A stretch of 63,993 bases of DNA, the filler included, from Fonticula-like sp. SCN 57-25 (taxonomy: Eukaryota): assembly GCA_001724245.1 (NCBI GenBank). It is 7 parts of 7 records of this genome, joined end to end, with 100 filler letters (N's around TTAATTAATTAA, not from the genome) between each part and the next. Parts side by side here need not be neighbours in the genome. Positions count along the whole stretch, not along the records: positions 25,152 to 41,323 come from MEDX01000309.1; positions 41,424 to 49,588 come from MEDX01000310.1; positions 49,689 to 57,845 come from MEDX01000311.1; 4 more parts are not named here. One strand, given 5' to 3'. Under the pieces are notes generated by a model. That model saw nothing but the letters and a program-made list of their open reading frames with translations, did no database searches and was not told where the DNA came from. Shown piece after piece: positions 39,298 through 51,123 of the stretch; within the stretch, counting starts at the first letter, position 1, and each line of letters begins with the position of its first letter. The position numbers and the translations under genes were made by a program.

Positions 39298-41152
39298 TTA
39301 AGCTGACTTTGCGGGCGCTGCAGCCCCTGGCCAGTGCCCCCCGCACAGCGAATGCAAGTAAGTGATTGCCGCGCCGACGGCGGCATCGATGGACGCCATG
39401 TCGGCCATAAAGTTGAGGTGCTTGACGTCTCTCCCGTACTGCTCAAACTTTTCAAACGTCTTTGCGTCCTTTTCAAACGCCCAGATCTTGCGCTGCACGC
39501 AGAGCCCCGGCTCGCCGCGGCAGCCGGAGGTGATGCTGTCGATCAGCGCCGCCACCTCGGGCCCCTTTGCGATGCCGGGCACGGTGCCGCCCAGCGCAAA
39601 CTGGTAGTGGACGTCCATGCTGTCGGCGAGCTGCAAAAAGTCATTGTTGAAGAAGACGGGAACCATTTCTATCTGTATCGCATTGTCAGCAAATCAAAAA
39701 TGCGTCTTTTAATCACGAACCACTGCCGCGCCGCGCTGCGAAAAGAGCATGTTGATGAGCTGCGACGAGTGCGATGAAAGGAGGAGCCCCGTCTCGGCAA
39801 ACAGCCTCACCTGCTGCTCGGACGTTGTCCCGTCGTTGATGGTGATGGCAGTGACGTTGCGCAGCCCGTGGCGAGTCGATAGCCCAGCGAGGATTTCCGC
39901 CTCGTTAAGTGTGCGCCGCGCGCGCCCCTCTGTGCGGAAAAGAAGCGTGACGGCCGGCGGCGGGCACGTCTGCGGCTTAATTCCCAGCGCATCATACGCG
40001 CGCGTGCGAAAGACGTTTGCCTCGTTGCGCTCCGAGGCGACCTTGGCGGTCACCGACGTCGTGCTAACGTGAGCAAAGCAGCGCGCGGGCATCGGGTGCT
40101 CGAGGTCCGACTGGAACAGCGGCGCGGCGGGCGCGGACGGCAGACCGGCCACGGCATTGTCGTAGATAAAGGCCTCGTGATCCGACATGGGCGCGTCGCT
40201 TTTTTGCAGGATGAGGCGGCTGATCGGCGGCCTATAAAGTGGTGATTAGTTAAATATATAAACATTTAACTGCCCCGCGATGACGCACAGGTTGTATGTC
40301 TCGTAGCGCAGCGTGAGCGAGTGGAAAAAGACGAGCGACTCGGACCAGTGGCCGATCTGGTGGCCGCCGACGTACTTGTCAATGAGCCACGTATGGCCGC
40401 TCTCCTCGGGGCCGTACGCCTTTGCTAGCGCGGCGGGGTCCATGCGGATGACCTTGGGGACGGTCGACTTGGTGAAGCAGAGGCAAATGTCGTGGCGGCC
40501 GGCGTGGCCGCCCGAGCACGAGGCCAGCATCTTGTTCGCCTCGGTGAACGCGGCGTCAGAGACGACGGGCAGAAAGACTGTTTTGCTGTTAAGGCAAATG
40601 TGCCGCAGAGAGCAGATGCGGAACTTGCGCGGGTCCTCAAAGTAAAAGTCGGCTGGAATGCGTATAAGACAACGGGATTAAAGAGACGCCACGCGTACCT
40701 TCAAAGTCGCCCTCTGCCTTGGCAACGACGCCCTTGCGCGGCACTACCGTAAAGGGCCGCTTGGGAAGCAGAGGAGGCGTCCCGTGGACAGTTGGCTTGA
40801 CGCTGATCAGCTCGCGGTTCTTTTGCGATGGGGGGCTTGTAAGGCCGGTGGTCGGGTCCGCGTCGGGGACGATGTCGTCGCTAACCTGGGTACCCAGGAC
40901 GGCCGCGATCGCAGCCGCGACCGCGTCGGCAGGCGCTGTTGCCAGCCGCTCTGTCAACGTCTCCTGAGAAAGAACCGCGCCTGTCGCACCCAACTGTGTT
41001 CCGACGATCCCGCCATTATTCGGCGCACCCGAGGAATACGCAGGCTCAGGCATGTCGCCGCCGCGCGTGATCGACATGACGCGCCGCGCGGCATAGTGGC
41101 CCACCGCCACGGCCACAAAGACCAGCACAAGGACGCGCAGGGCACGGGTCAT
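39298..41152 (-). CDS. Type II membrane glycosyltransferase, GT61/DUF563-like
   Basis: N-terminal signal anchor; RRTLNEAEI...EQQVRLFAETGLLLSSHSSQLINMLFSQRGAAV. Confidence 0.6.
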
Positions 41153-41423
41153 GTTGCGAATAACCACGACCGACATCGGCGGACAGGGCGCTTTAGCCGA
41201 CGGCCTGTGCGTCAATGTGTCAGGAGCAGGAGAGGCGAGCCAGGGAGCCAATTGCGAGGCGCGTAAATTCAATCCGGAATTAATCCCGATCGGATCGAGT
41301 GTGCGCTGTCCTTATTCCCCGGGNNNNNNNNNNNNNNNNNNNNNNNNNNNNNNNNNNNNNNNNNNNNTTAATTAATTAANNNNNNNNNNNNNNNNNNNNN
41401 NNNNNNNNNNNNNNNNNNNNNNN

Positions 41424-41731
41424 CCGAACTTCTCACCAATCAACTTTTCCTTGTATTCTAGAAACAAATTGTGATGGTACATTATCCACGGGCTATATTC
41501 ATGAGCGACATTACATAAACGACAATACGGAATTGCAAAATACAGGTTGTTACTTTCTGAATTAAGCTTATAATACTTCAATTGTGCGCTTGATAATGGA
41601 ACTGTTAAAGTAATATAATCATCATCACTAGGATTAACTCGAATAACAACAGACTTCTTCGTATTATACGATTTAATCATTTGTTTAAGATCCTTCAAAT
41701 CAACCTTCATAGACACAACATGAGACACCAT
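41424..41731 (-). CDS. AT-rich intronless hypothetical ORF, truncated; possibly of viral or mobile origin
   Basis: Over 100 codons, strongly A/T-biased, AT-rich leader, unlike host genes. Confidence 0.45.
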
Positions 41732-41842
41732 TTTATCTTCTTTTAATACGAATATAAAAATATTTTAAATAGAAAAAAATATAAATATCATCGTAATAGT
41801 GATTATTACATAATTAGGTAATAAAGAACGGTATTTATCAAT

Positions 41843-41922
41843 TACAAATACTTGTCTGTGTAGTAATCTACAATTGTTTATACAAATACTTGTCTGTGTA
41901 GTAATCTACAATTGTTTATACA
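41843..41922. repeat. Exact 38-bp tandem duplication
   Basis: TACAAATACTTGTCTGTGTAGTAATCTACAATTGTTTA at 41843-41880 and 41881-41918. Confidence 0.95.
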
Positions 41923-42237
41923 CACACAAGACAGTCTTACAGTACAACCTTACAATCTCACTAAATAAATAAAATAACCGGGACAGTCTTACAGTCTTGT
42001 CAGTCTAACAACCCAGTCTAACCCAGTCTAACACATACCCTAGGGACACCCTCACCCATCCTATCACCCTAGAGACCCTCATAAACCTCTCTAAACCTCT
42101 CTCCTTACACAACCAGGGGGAACACAACCCCCCTAAAACACCAACGACTAGATATACCACAACATACTACTACTATCTCTACTATCTATACTATCTCTAC
42201 TACATAATATAAAACACAATACAATATAGAGAGAAAG

Positions 42238-42483
42238 AACACTCTATACTCATATATACTACCCTACCTATACAACTTTCATTCCTATTTCCCCATTATA
42301 CTACCCTTACTCACTCTCTTTAAATCCCTATATCCCCATACCAATCACAATAAAATCCCTATCAATCTATATCACTCCCTACCCCTCTCTCTCCCTATCT
42401 ATTACTATCAATCCCTATCTATCCCTCTCTCTCATTATTAATATAAAAATAAAAAATACTATCCCACTCTCTCCTTACTTTCC
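42238..42483. repeat. 246-nt G-free low-complexity tract
   Basis: No G on the + strand between 42237 and 42484. Confidence 0.9.
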
Positions 42484-43004
42484 GCTAGAATTACAACTAT
42501 ATATGTTGAGTGGAAAAGTATATAAGCCGTTGTACTAGTTCAATATATTGTCTTTCCCCTCTTTGCTTTACACTCACTGCGAGTACCGGCGAACGCACGC
42601 TAAGAGAGAGCACAACAGTGTGGTGAAGTGATGGGGAAAGACAAGAGTACATTTTTCAAACGCAGATATGTGATGTATTCGCCGATCATGTGCTATTGTG
42701 CATATGCATTTCTCATGGCTACTGTCAATCATTTTACAGCTCATATCCTACACAAAGTGTAGTCGGGCAAAGCTAAAACTCGGAAACGCGACTGGTGGTA
42801 CTGTTATTAATAGAGTCTTTTACAGAGCTCCACCATTCGCAGTGTGGAATTTTGCCAAGCATACGGGCGAGCCAGGTCGCTTTGATTTGGCGGAAACCCG
42901 AAATGCCGACTGTTCTAAGCTCGAATATCCTCGTTCCATGAACGCGCCTCCGGCACGATAACGCCGAGAATTACAAGGTTCCGCAACAGAGGTAGAAAAT
43001 TCGT

Positions 43005-43895
43005 TTACATGGCACCCAAGCATCTCTTGTAGTTATCAAATGTTGAAACGGTAAAAGCAATACCGAGCTTCGCGTCCAACACCGACTGAACTAACTGAGC
43101 GAGTCGACGTGAAAAGGGAGCAAGAACCGAGCCGGAAAGATATGACAACTCATTTAACTCAAGATCAAGCACAAATCCGGCCGCATCAAACGCATCGGCA
43201 AAGATAGCTGGGTCTCGTTTGCTAGCATACCGCTCGCAGCAGTGGTACATATACGTAAGAAGTGCTTCATGAAGCTCTGCCGCCAAAGGATTATACGGAT
43301 CACGCCGCACATGAGGGGAGATGTCTGCTCTGCCTTGAAGCAAAGTAGGGAAAAGTCCCGGATTGGACTGTGCTGCTTCCGACGCAAGATCGAGCACTCT
43401 CATGACCACAACGTTGTCAATTTCAGTGTTGATAGCCTCTGCAAGCTGCTCCTCTTTATCCACCCCGCCAATACGAAGAGCCCAGAGCATGCCGTGTAGT
43501 AAAAAGGCCTGCACCTTGACACAGTTTTCCTTGGTGCACAGAGCGGTCGAAAGCCCCTTGCTGCACGAGAGCCAATCGACAATCGGCGGATCGCACGTAC
43601 CGTCCCGGTAACGGGCATGGATTTCTCCTTCTCGCAGCGTATAGTCTTTGCCAGGAATCGCTCCACCGCAAAAGCGGTGCACTACAGTATCTTGCTGGCA
43701 CATTGGCACGGAATCTGCTGCTGTCATTGAACTGCGATTCATCCCATCGATGGCGACGAACTCCAGATCAGGCAATGCGAGTCTTCTTCTTTTCGCAATG
43801 GCGACGTCGCAATCAGGTGACGCCGCCAACGATTCCCGCAAGCGCTGCGGCTGCCGCGTTTCCGTCTCGTCCAGCGGCATCGAGCAGGTCAGCAT
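43005..43895 (-). CDS. Hypothetical protein
   Basis: About 296-aa ORF, no recognised motif. Confidence 0.45.
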   Translation of the reverse strand: MLTCSMPLDETETRQPQRLRESLAASPDCDVAIAKRRRLALPDLEFVAIDGMNRSSMTAADSVPMCQQDTVVHRFCGGAIPGKDYTLREGEIHARYRDGTCDPPIVDWLSCSKGLSTALCTKENCVKVQAFLLHGMLWALRIGGVDKEEQLAEAINTEIDNVVVMRVLDLASEAAQSNPGLFPTLLQGRADISPHVRRDPYNPLAAELHEALLTYMYHCCERYASKRDPAIFADAFDAAGFVLDLELNELSYLSGSVLAPFSRRLAQLVQSVLDAKLGIAFTVSTFDNYKRCLGAM

Positions 43896-45136
43896 CAAGT
43901 CAGCATAGGTAGTTTCGTCTCACACTGAATCGATGATGTATCCATTTATATGGGATTCTATGTTTTGAACACCAGTGTTTGAGACGAAACCTGGGACTTG
44001 CCGCTGAGTGATCGGGCCGCTCCAGGGGGTTGTCTGGCATGCGGAGGCCTGTCCTGGTGATAATTGAAGAGGTTTATTAGCTATGCAGCGTATAATATAA
44101 CCACGGAAACTGCAGCTTTGCTTTCGGCTGATGAGGCGTTTGACAGATCTTCCTCTGTACCTGATGGTGGCGGCTGATGTCTGTCGGCGGGCAGCTTGCC
44201 GGGATTTTTCAGCGATGTCACGATCGGCGTCCGCGCCGCGTGCGGCGCACCGGTCGTCGGCTCTACCCGCAATGGTTGTCTAGCATACTTTTTTTGCTTC
44301 TGGTGTTGCCAGTTTTTTTTTGGATTCTGATTGTTTGCCGACGCCCCCATGCGTTGGCCATCCTCTACGAGCCGGCCAGTCGAGATTCTCAACGAACCCT
44401 TTCTATGTCCGCGCCTCCCTGTATTGTTCAGGAGTGCGTTCGTAGCCGTTTTGGTCTTGTTATGGTTGACGGCGGACCTTGCAGGCATCTACCCATGTAA
44501 GATGGGCGCGTAGCTTGTGGTCGTTGTTTCATCGATGAATGGGGTCGCCATATTCTGTCGTGCGCAGCAGAGCTCGCTGAAACCCCGACATTGTTTTTGC
44601 TAATTCCACTTGCTAAGCACTTTGCCGCTTGAAGGAATAACATTTTTGCCTGTTGAAAGTGCCGTCATGACGTGTCTTCACAAGCGCGGCAGCGCCGCCC
44701 GACGCCCGCGCCATGATCATCATCTTCCGCAGTTTTCAGCAGATGCCATGGCGCGGTTAACATCTGGTGTCTTCGTGCCAAAAAGTGAGACCACCATTCA
44801 GGCAGACCATGTCTTGGCGTACACGTTTGTTGCTTGCCGCAGGTGGGCTGTTCAATCCACGTCTGTGGATGATCGAATCAATCTGATGCTTCACCGCTCC
44901 ATATTATGTTGAGCTGGTAGTTGCGCGCGTCGTTGTATTGTAGTGCAGCTCGTCTTTTTGTTTACATGTTTGTGCACAATGAAAATCAATGTAATATATA
45001 TTTGTAAATAACACTATTCGCGACCTCGACCAAGCAAAAATATTGCACTAGATGGAAACAGAGAGAAAGAAGCGATACACATGCAACCCAAAAGCAGGTG
45101 CGGCCGGCTTTCCCCACCTAAAATAAACTCAGTAAA

Positions 45137-48100
45137 CTACTGCGCGAGTTCCAAAAGGCGGGCGTTCAGGACGGCAGCCGACGGGCGGCTCGCCGAGTCC
45201 ATCGAAAGGCACTCTTCGATCATGGATGCGACCGCCATGGAAACGTTGTCGCCGCCGTCCGAGATTACCTGAAGCCCCTTGCCAGCAGCGACAGCGTCGC
45301 AGACCGCGCTGTCCGGCGTCGATCCCCACGGCGCGTTGCCCGACAAAATTTCATACATGACGACACCGAGCGAGTACATGTCGGACGCCATGTCGGCATC
45401 AATCAAAGGCGCTTCCGTGCTGCCATCCGCCTGACGCGCGAGCACCTCGGGCGCGGCATAGCGAACGTTAAAGTTGGACTCGCGCACATACATCGAAGTC
45501 CTAGAGCCACCGCGTTAGCTACAAATAATATTATAAATATGGGTGGGCGTACTCGCTCCGCGCCTGCGAAAAGTGGCCGAGCTGGCAGACAGGCGTCGAA
45601 TCCGGTGTCACGTTCAGGTAAATGTTGGCCGACTGAATGTTGCGATGAGCCACGCCGAGCGTGTGGACGGCATTGACGGCCTGTGCAACTTCGCAGCAAA
45701 TACGAAGAATGTCATCGATGGGCATCGGGCGCGGGGCCTCGCTGAGGAAGCGCTGCAGGTCCCTGTTGTACTCGCGGACAATGATTGTGCGCGGCTCGTC
45801 GGTGTAGCCAATCAGGCCCATAATGTTGGGGTGGAACGACAGCGACCACAGGATAGACACCTCAAAGTGGAACAGCTCATTGTTCTCCTGCGTAGAGAGC
45901 TCGGCGCGGTCAAAGTAGTCAATGACAAAGACCGAGCGGCTGCCGGCGCGCTGCTCGAGGCGGTCGTCAATAACGGCCGCGTGGTACATGACAGCGGTCG
46001 TCGAGGTCTATCAAATCATCAGTACACAGAGATCATAATAGCGCAGAAACGCACATCCACGCGCTCGCCGGGCTGAATTGACGTCGAGTAGTCGGTCAAA
46101 AGGAAGCCAGGAAGCGCAATCTCGGCGACCGTGTTCACAACAGTCTTGTCGGCAAACGAAAGATGAGTCGTGCTCTCGGCATGGCGCATGCTGCCGCGAG
46201 AGCGCGCGAGCGTCTGGCGATATGTGCTCAGTGCCATCTATAAAATGCATCAGCAAACTGAAAACACAAAAATGCAATTCGGCGCACCAGGCCGTCGGCG
46301 CCGCCAAACTGCTCTAGCTTGTCGTTCGTGCGCCTCTGGCGGCGACGGGTAACGACGACAATGACGACAATAATGATAATGAGAACAACGACCGCAGACG
46401 CGCTCGCGGCGGCAATGATTGTGCCGTTTGTTCCAAGGCTCGGGTCTTGCACGACGTTGTCGGTCGTCGCGAGCGTGGTGAGAACAAGGCGGGTGCCGAC
46501 CTGCTCCTCGCCGTTCGCGTCACCTGCCAAGATAAGCACCTCGTATGGGCGGCCGGGCTCAAGTCCTTCAATCACCGCGACAGTGCTGTCGGCTGTGGGC
46601 ACTCACGACGTTAGTCAAACACAAAAAAGTCCGTCCGATCGTACTGTTGTTGACGCGCGAGTGAAGCGTGAAATCATCGGTGACGGCGCGCTGCGGGACA
46701 ACCTCGCGGTAATACACCATGTAGTATGTCGCGTGCGGCGAGGCGGTCCAGCTCAGCGACAGCGAGTCGGTCGACGGCTCATCGACGCGCAGGCCAGACG
46801 CAGCTGCACAGTAATGTCAGTAAAGAAAACGGAAACATAAAATGCGCGTACGTGTAATGTAGGTTTGAACAGTGATCACGGCGCCTCCCTCAGTGTTGTA
46901 GCCATTCTCATCGCCAGATGTGACGCGGAATTGGTAGACAGTCCTCGGGAAAAGGTTCTTAATCTCAATCGTCTGCGCGGTAAAGTCGATGGCAGCTAAG
47001 CACACTGGTGAGCATCATGGCATAATAAATAGCATGGGAGAGCGCGCACTGTGGAGGTTGGCCACGACAAAGGCGCTGGTGCCGAGCGCGACCTCGGCGA
47101 GGAAAGTCACGTTGCCGGTCGAGTTCAGGACGTTCCACGCAAGCACAACAGATGTCGACGTCTTGCTCGTCCACGTCAGGTTGGCAATGTTGTCGTTGCT
47201 CTCCACGGGGATCAGTTCGCACACGTTCGAAAAGCCCTCCTCCCACGTTCCATCAAAGTTGCACTGGCGCGACGGCGGTCCGGCGGCCGAGTCCTGGTAA
47301 CCGTGCGGGCAGCGGCCAATGCTCACCTCGCCCGGCTCGGCAGCAGGGAAGAAGGTGTTGCCAATGCTCTCGGTCGGGCAGTCGTCGTACTTGATCTTGC
47401 ACGGGTCCACAACAGTCGCGTTCCAAACACCGGAAATCAGGCACTGGCGCGAAGGGAAGCCAGTCATGCCTTCGCGGCATGTGCCCGACGCGACGCTGCC
47501 GGCAATCGTCTCGTTCCACGTCGCGTCGCTAAAGGTGTTTTCGGGGCAGTAAAGCGCTACGCAATAATGTCAGCGTCACAATATAAATCATACGCGCTCG
47601 TACGCGTGCACGTGTTGGAGATGGCGCCCCACTGGCCGCTCGAATCGCACTCGCGCGAGGGCGAGCCAGAATAGCCAGCGTTGCAGGTTCCAGCCACGGT
47701 CGGCGAGAGCGACGTCGAGAGCGGCCACTGCGCGTTGCCGTCCTCAATGGCGGGGCACGAAAGACCTGCGCAGACAATGAGCAACAGCAAAACCAAAGCG
47801 AATTTGACGTACGAATGCAGCCGTTGGCAACGGGGCCCCACTGGCCATCCAGCGAGCATTCACGAGACGGGCCGCCAGCGTATCCAGTATGGCAGACGCC
47901 AGCCGCCGCGCTACCAGCCGACGTCTCGGGCCATTCCGCGTTCTCAAACGTAGCAGACGAGCACAGCAGCGCTATCAACCGACGTGAGTAAACATCACCA
48001 AAATCTATCAAACTGCATACCGGTGCAAGATCCAGCGACAGCGGACCAGCTACCGTCCGTGCGACAGTCGCGCACAAGCGAGCCAGTCATGCCAATCGGG

Positions 48101-49588
48101 CAGGCGCCCTCCACCTCGTTCGAGCCGGCAACCGTCTCCGGCCACGTGCCATCAGTACCTTCGTCCACAGCGGGACACATGGTACGAATGCAGTGGTTCG
48201 AGGTGGCCGAGTAGATGCCGTCGGCCGTGCAGTTGCGGAGCGGAGCGCCCTGCCAGCCTTCAATGCAAGTGCCGCGAACGCCAGTCGTCATCGAATCGGA
48301 CTGCGGCCAGTTGGCATTGTCCGACACAACAGCATTGCAGCGGAGGCGAGTGCACGTGCCGATGGCGGCTTCCCACGAGCCGCTCGCGCTGCACTTGCGC
48401 GTCGGCTGGGTCGAGAATCCAAAGCCCTCGACGCAAGATCCCGACGCGGTCGAGCCAGGGTCCGTCGAAGGCCACACAACGCTGTCAATGGTCTCGGCCG
48501 GGCACGCATATTCTAAAAAAATAATAACCGTGTTAATTGCCGCCACAAACACATCAGATGCGCACGTTCGCAGACGCCGGAAATCGGCTGCCAGACACCA
48601 TCGGACGAGCAAGAGCGCGACACTGTGCCGTAAAAGCCTTCCTTGCACGTTCCAGACACAGTCACACCGCCGAGCGTCGCCGGCCAATCGGCATCGCCCT
48701 CCGAACGCGCGGTGCACTGCTTCTGCGTACACGGATTTGAAACCGTCTCCCATTGGCCTGTGATAGAGCAAGCGCGGGTCGGCGAGCCCTCGTAGCCGGC
48801 AAAGCACGTGCCGGTAGAAACCTGGCCGGCCTGCGTCGACGGCCACGACGACTGCTGGCCATCGTTTGAGATGGCCGCGCACACAATGGCGTTGCAGAGC
48901 GGCGAAGGTGTCGACCACTCGCCAGTGAGCGAGCAGCTGCGCGACGTCGTGCCAGTGTACCCGGCAACGCACGTGCCCGTCGCGGTGTAGCCGGCCTGAA
49001 TCGTCTCGGGCCACTCGGCAAAGTGCGGCTGGTACGACGGCAGGTCCTTGGTGCAGTAGATCGGCTCGCACGGGTTCGTGATCACATTGTCCCACTGGCC
49101 GTTCTGCTTGCACAGACGCGTGGGCGTGCCGCTCGACTTGTACCCAGGCACGCACGTGCCATTAACGACCGTGTTCACCTCGTCGGGCGACCGCCAGTTG
49201 GCGTGGTAGTCGTTGGTCAGCGCGTCGCAAGGGTTGGTCGAGCATGGGTTCAGCACATCAGACCACGTTCCATTGTAGAAGCAGTCGCGGCGCGGGGAAC
49301 CAGACGTGTTGGGATAGCACTCGCCAGCAACCGACGTCTCGCCAGCATACGCCATCGGCCAGATAGCGAGAGCGCTCGACTCATTACGCGCGGGGCACTT
49401 AAGCTCTACAGGGCATCGTCAGATAACACAAAGACAAATGTGCCAGATGCGCACGAATGCAAACGCCGGAAGCTAAGCCCCAGTTGCCAACAATATCGCA
49501 CGAGCGCGTCGGCGCGCCCTCCCATCCAGGGTCGCACTTGCCGACCACATCAGCAGATCCGGCAGCCACGGGGGCCCACGAAGCATGC
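45137..49588 (-). CDS. Single-pass receptor pseudokinase: at least 13 Cys-rich repeats + 2 FN3 + TM + kinase fold; 5' truncated
   Basis: Repeats C-x-WPxT-x-GxCxxGYxGxPxRxCxxxGxW-x-C; FN3 motifs LFPRTVYQFRV and LEPGRPYEV; TM followed by RRRQRR; HPNI, HRNIQSANI, YAAPE, SDMYSLG. Confidence 0.85.
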
Positions 49589-49688
49589 NNNNNNNNNNNN
49601 NNNNNNNNNNNNNNNNNNNNNNNNNNNNNNNNTTAATTAATTAANNNNNNNNNNNNNNNNNNNNNNNNNNNNNNNNNNNNNNNNNNNN

Positions 49689-50928
49689 TGGTCGCGCCTG
49701 TTCCGCAAGGCGCGCAGCTGGGGCCGCAACACGGACGCCGGGTACCGCCAGCGCGTCCACTTTGAGCAGCACATTGACGCCGCCTCGTACCATGCGACGT
49801 ACGCGCGGCTTAAGCAGAAGCACTTGCACTGGGTCGCAAAGTGGCCCGAGGTCACTGACCCGGCCAAGTTTGTCTTTGAAGACCTGCACATTGCCTCCTA
49901 CCTCATTACATACTGGCAGGCATACTATGGTGAAAACGACGACAATAAAGATAATACAAAGGAAAAGAGGCCGACGTTTGTTGACCTTGGCTGCGGCAAC
50001 GGCTTTCTCGTGTACGTGCTGGCGCAGGAGGGCTTTCGCGGGTACGGCGTGGACGTTGCCCAAAGGCGCATTTGGGAATCGCTCGAGGGGGCGGACTTGC
50101 GAGTCGGTACGAAAGCCACTTTTTGCCCTTTTTTGCTCACCTTTTTGACTATTTTTTCTTTTATTTTCTTCTTCTTTATGTTTGTCGTGCCAATAGAGGC
50201 GATTCACCCGCCGACGGCGCGCTTCGAGGTCGACTGGGTCATTGGGAACCACGCGGACGAGCTCGTGCCGTGGATCCCGGTCATGGTCGCGCGGTCGCCG
50301 CCAAACGTAAAGTACGCATATTGCAAACTGCAAACTGGTTTATTGTGACAAACTGCAAACTGGTTTATTGTGACAAACTGCAAACTGGACACATTTTTTG
50401 TATGTGGCAAACTGAAAACTGTGTCCTATTGTGTGTACTCTTGTGTGCCATCCCCATTTTGTGTGGCAAACTGCAAACTGCCCAATTGTGCATATCCTCA
50501 ACTGACCCAATTGTGCGTACAGTTTCGTTGTCGTCCCCTGCTGCATGCACGACTTTGGCGCCAAGTTCCAGGGCCGCGACATCTCCAAAGGCCGCTTTTA
50601 CGAGTACGTTGCGTACATTCGGAGCATTGCCGAGCGTCTAGGCTTTGAAATAAAGCAGGAAAACCTACGCATTCCTTCGACCAAAAACATTGCGCTCATT
50701 GGACACCGCGGCACCCAGCGTACGCCAATGTGTGAATGTGCGCAAACTGCAAACTGACGCTGAGCAGTGCCGAGCGAAGAGTTGGAGTCGCGCGTGGCGG
50801 CGCTGCTGAGCGCGTCGGGTTACACCGAGTTTAACGTGCGGCTGCCCGACAGGGTGCTGCAGGAGAACCACCTCAAGCGCAAGAAGAGGAACGAGCACAA
50901 GAAGGAGGCGAGGGCGCTCAGCATATAG
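49689..50928 (+). CDS. TRM44: tRNA (uracil-O2')-methyltransferase TRM44, 5' truncated
   Basis: WPEVTDPAKFVFED, FVDLGCGNG, IGNHADELVPWIP, PCC, LRIPSTKN. Confidence 0.92.
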
Positions 50929-51123
50929 AGGCCACGTGTACGATAGACCATATTAGAGTGTAGTTGTACATACCATGTCCCAAATGGACAATGTATTATG
51001 GCATATGATCTTATGATGTCCGTTGAAATGAGGAATGCATTAAAATAGTATAATCATCAAAAATGGTTGATAAGGATGGCACAACATATCTACACTCCCA
51101 TATACACTCATCATCATCTTCCC

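Noticed and set aside
41843-41922. 38-bp repeat with hairpin as a CRISPR array
   Set aside because: Two abutting copies with no spacer, no cas genes, eukaryotic context
42000-42110. TAACCC/CCCTA words as telomere repeats
   Set aside because: Scattered, no regular tandem array
50322-50482. Repeat array as a CRISPR or coding repeat
   Set aside because: Lies in a TRM44 intron; tandem units without unique spacers
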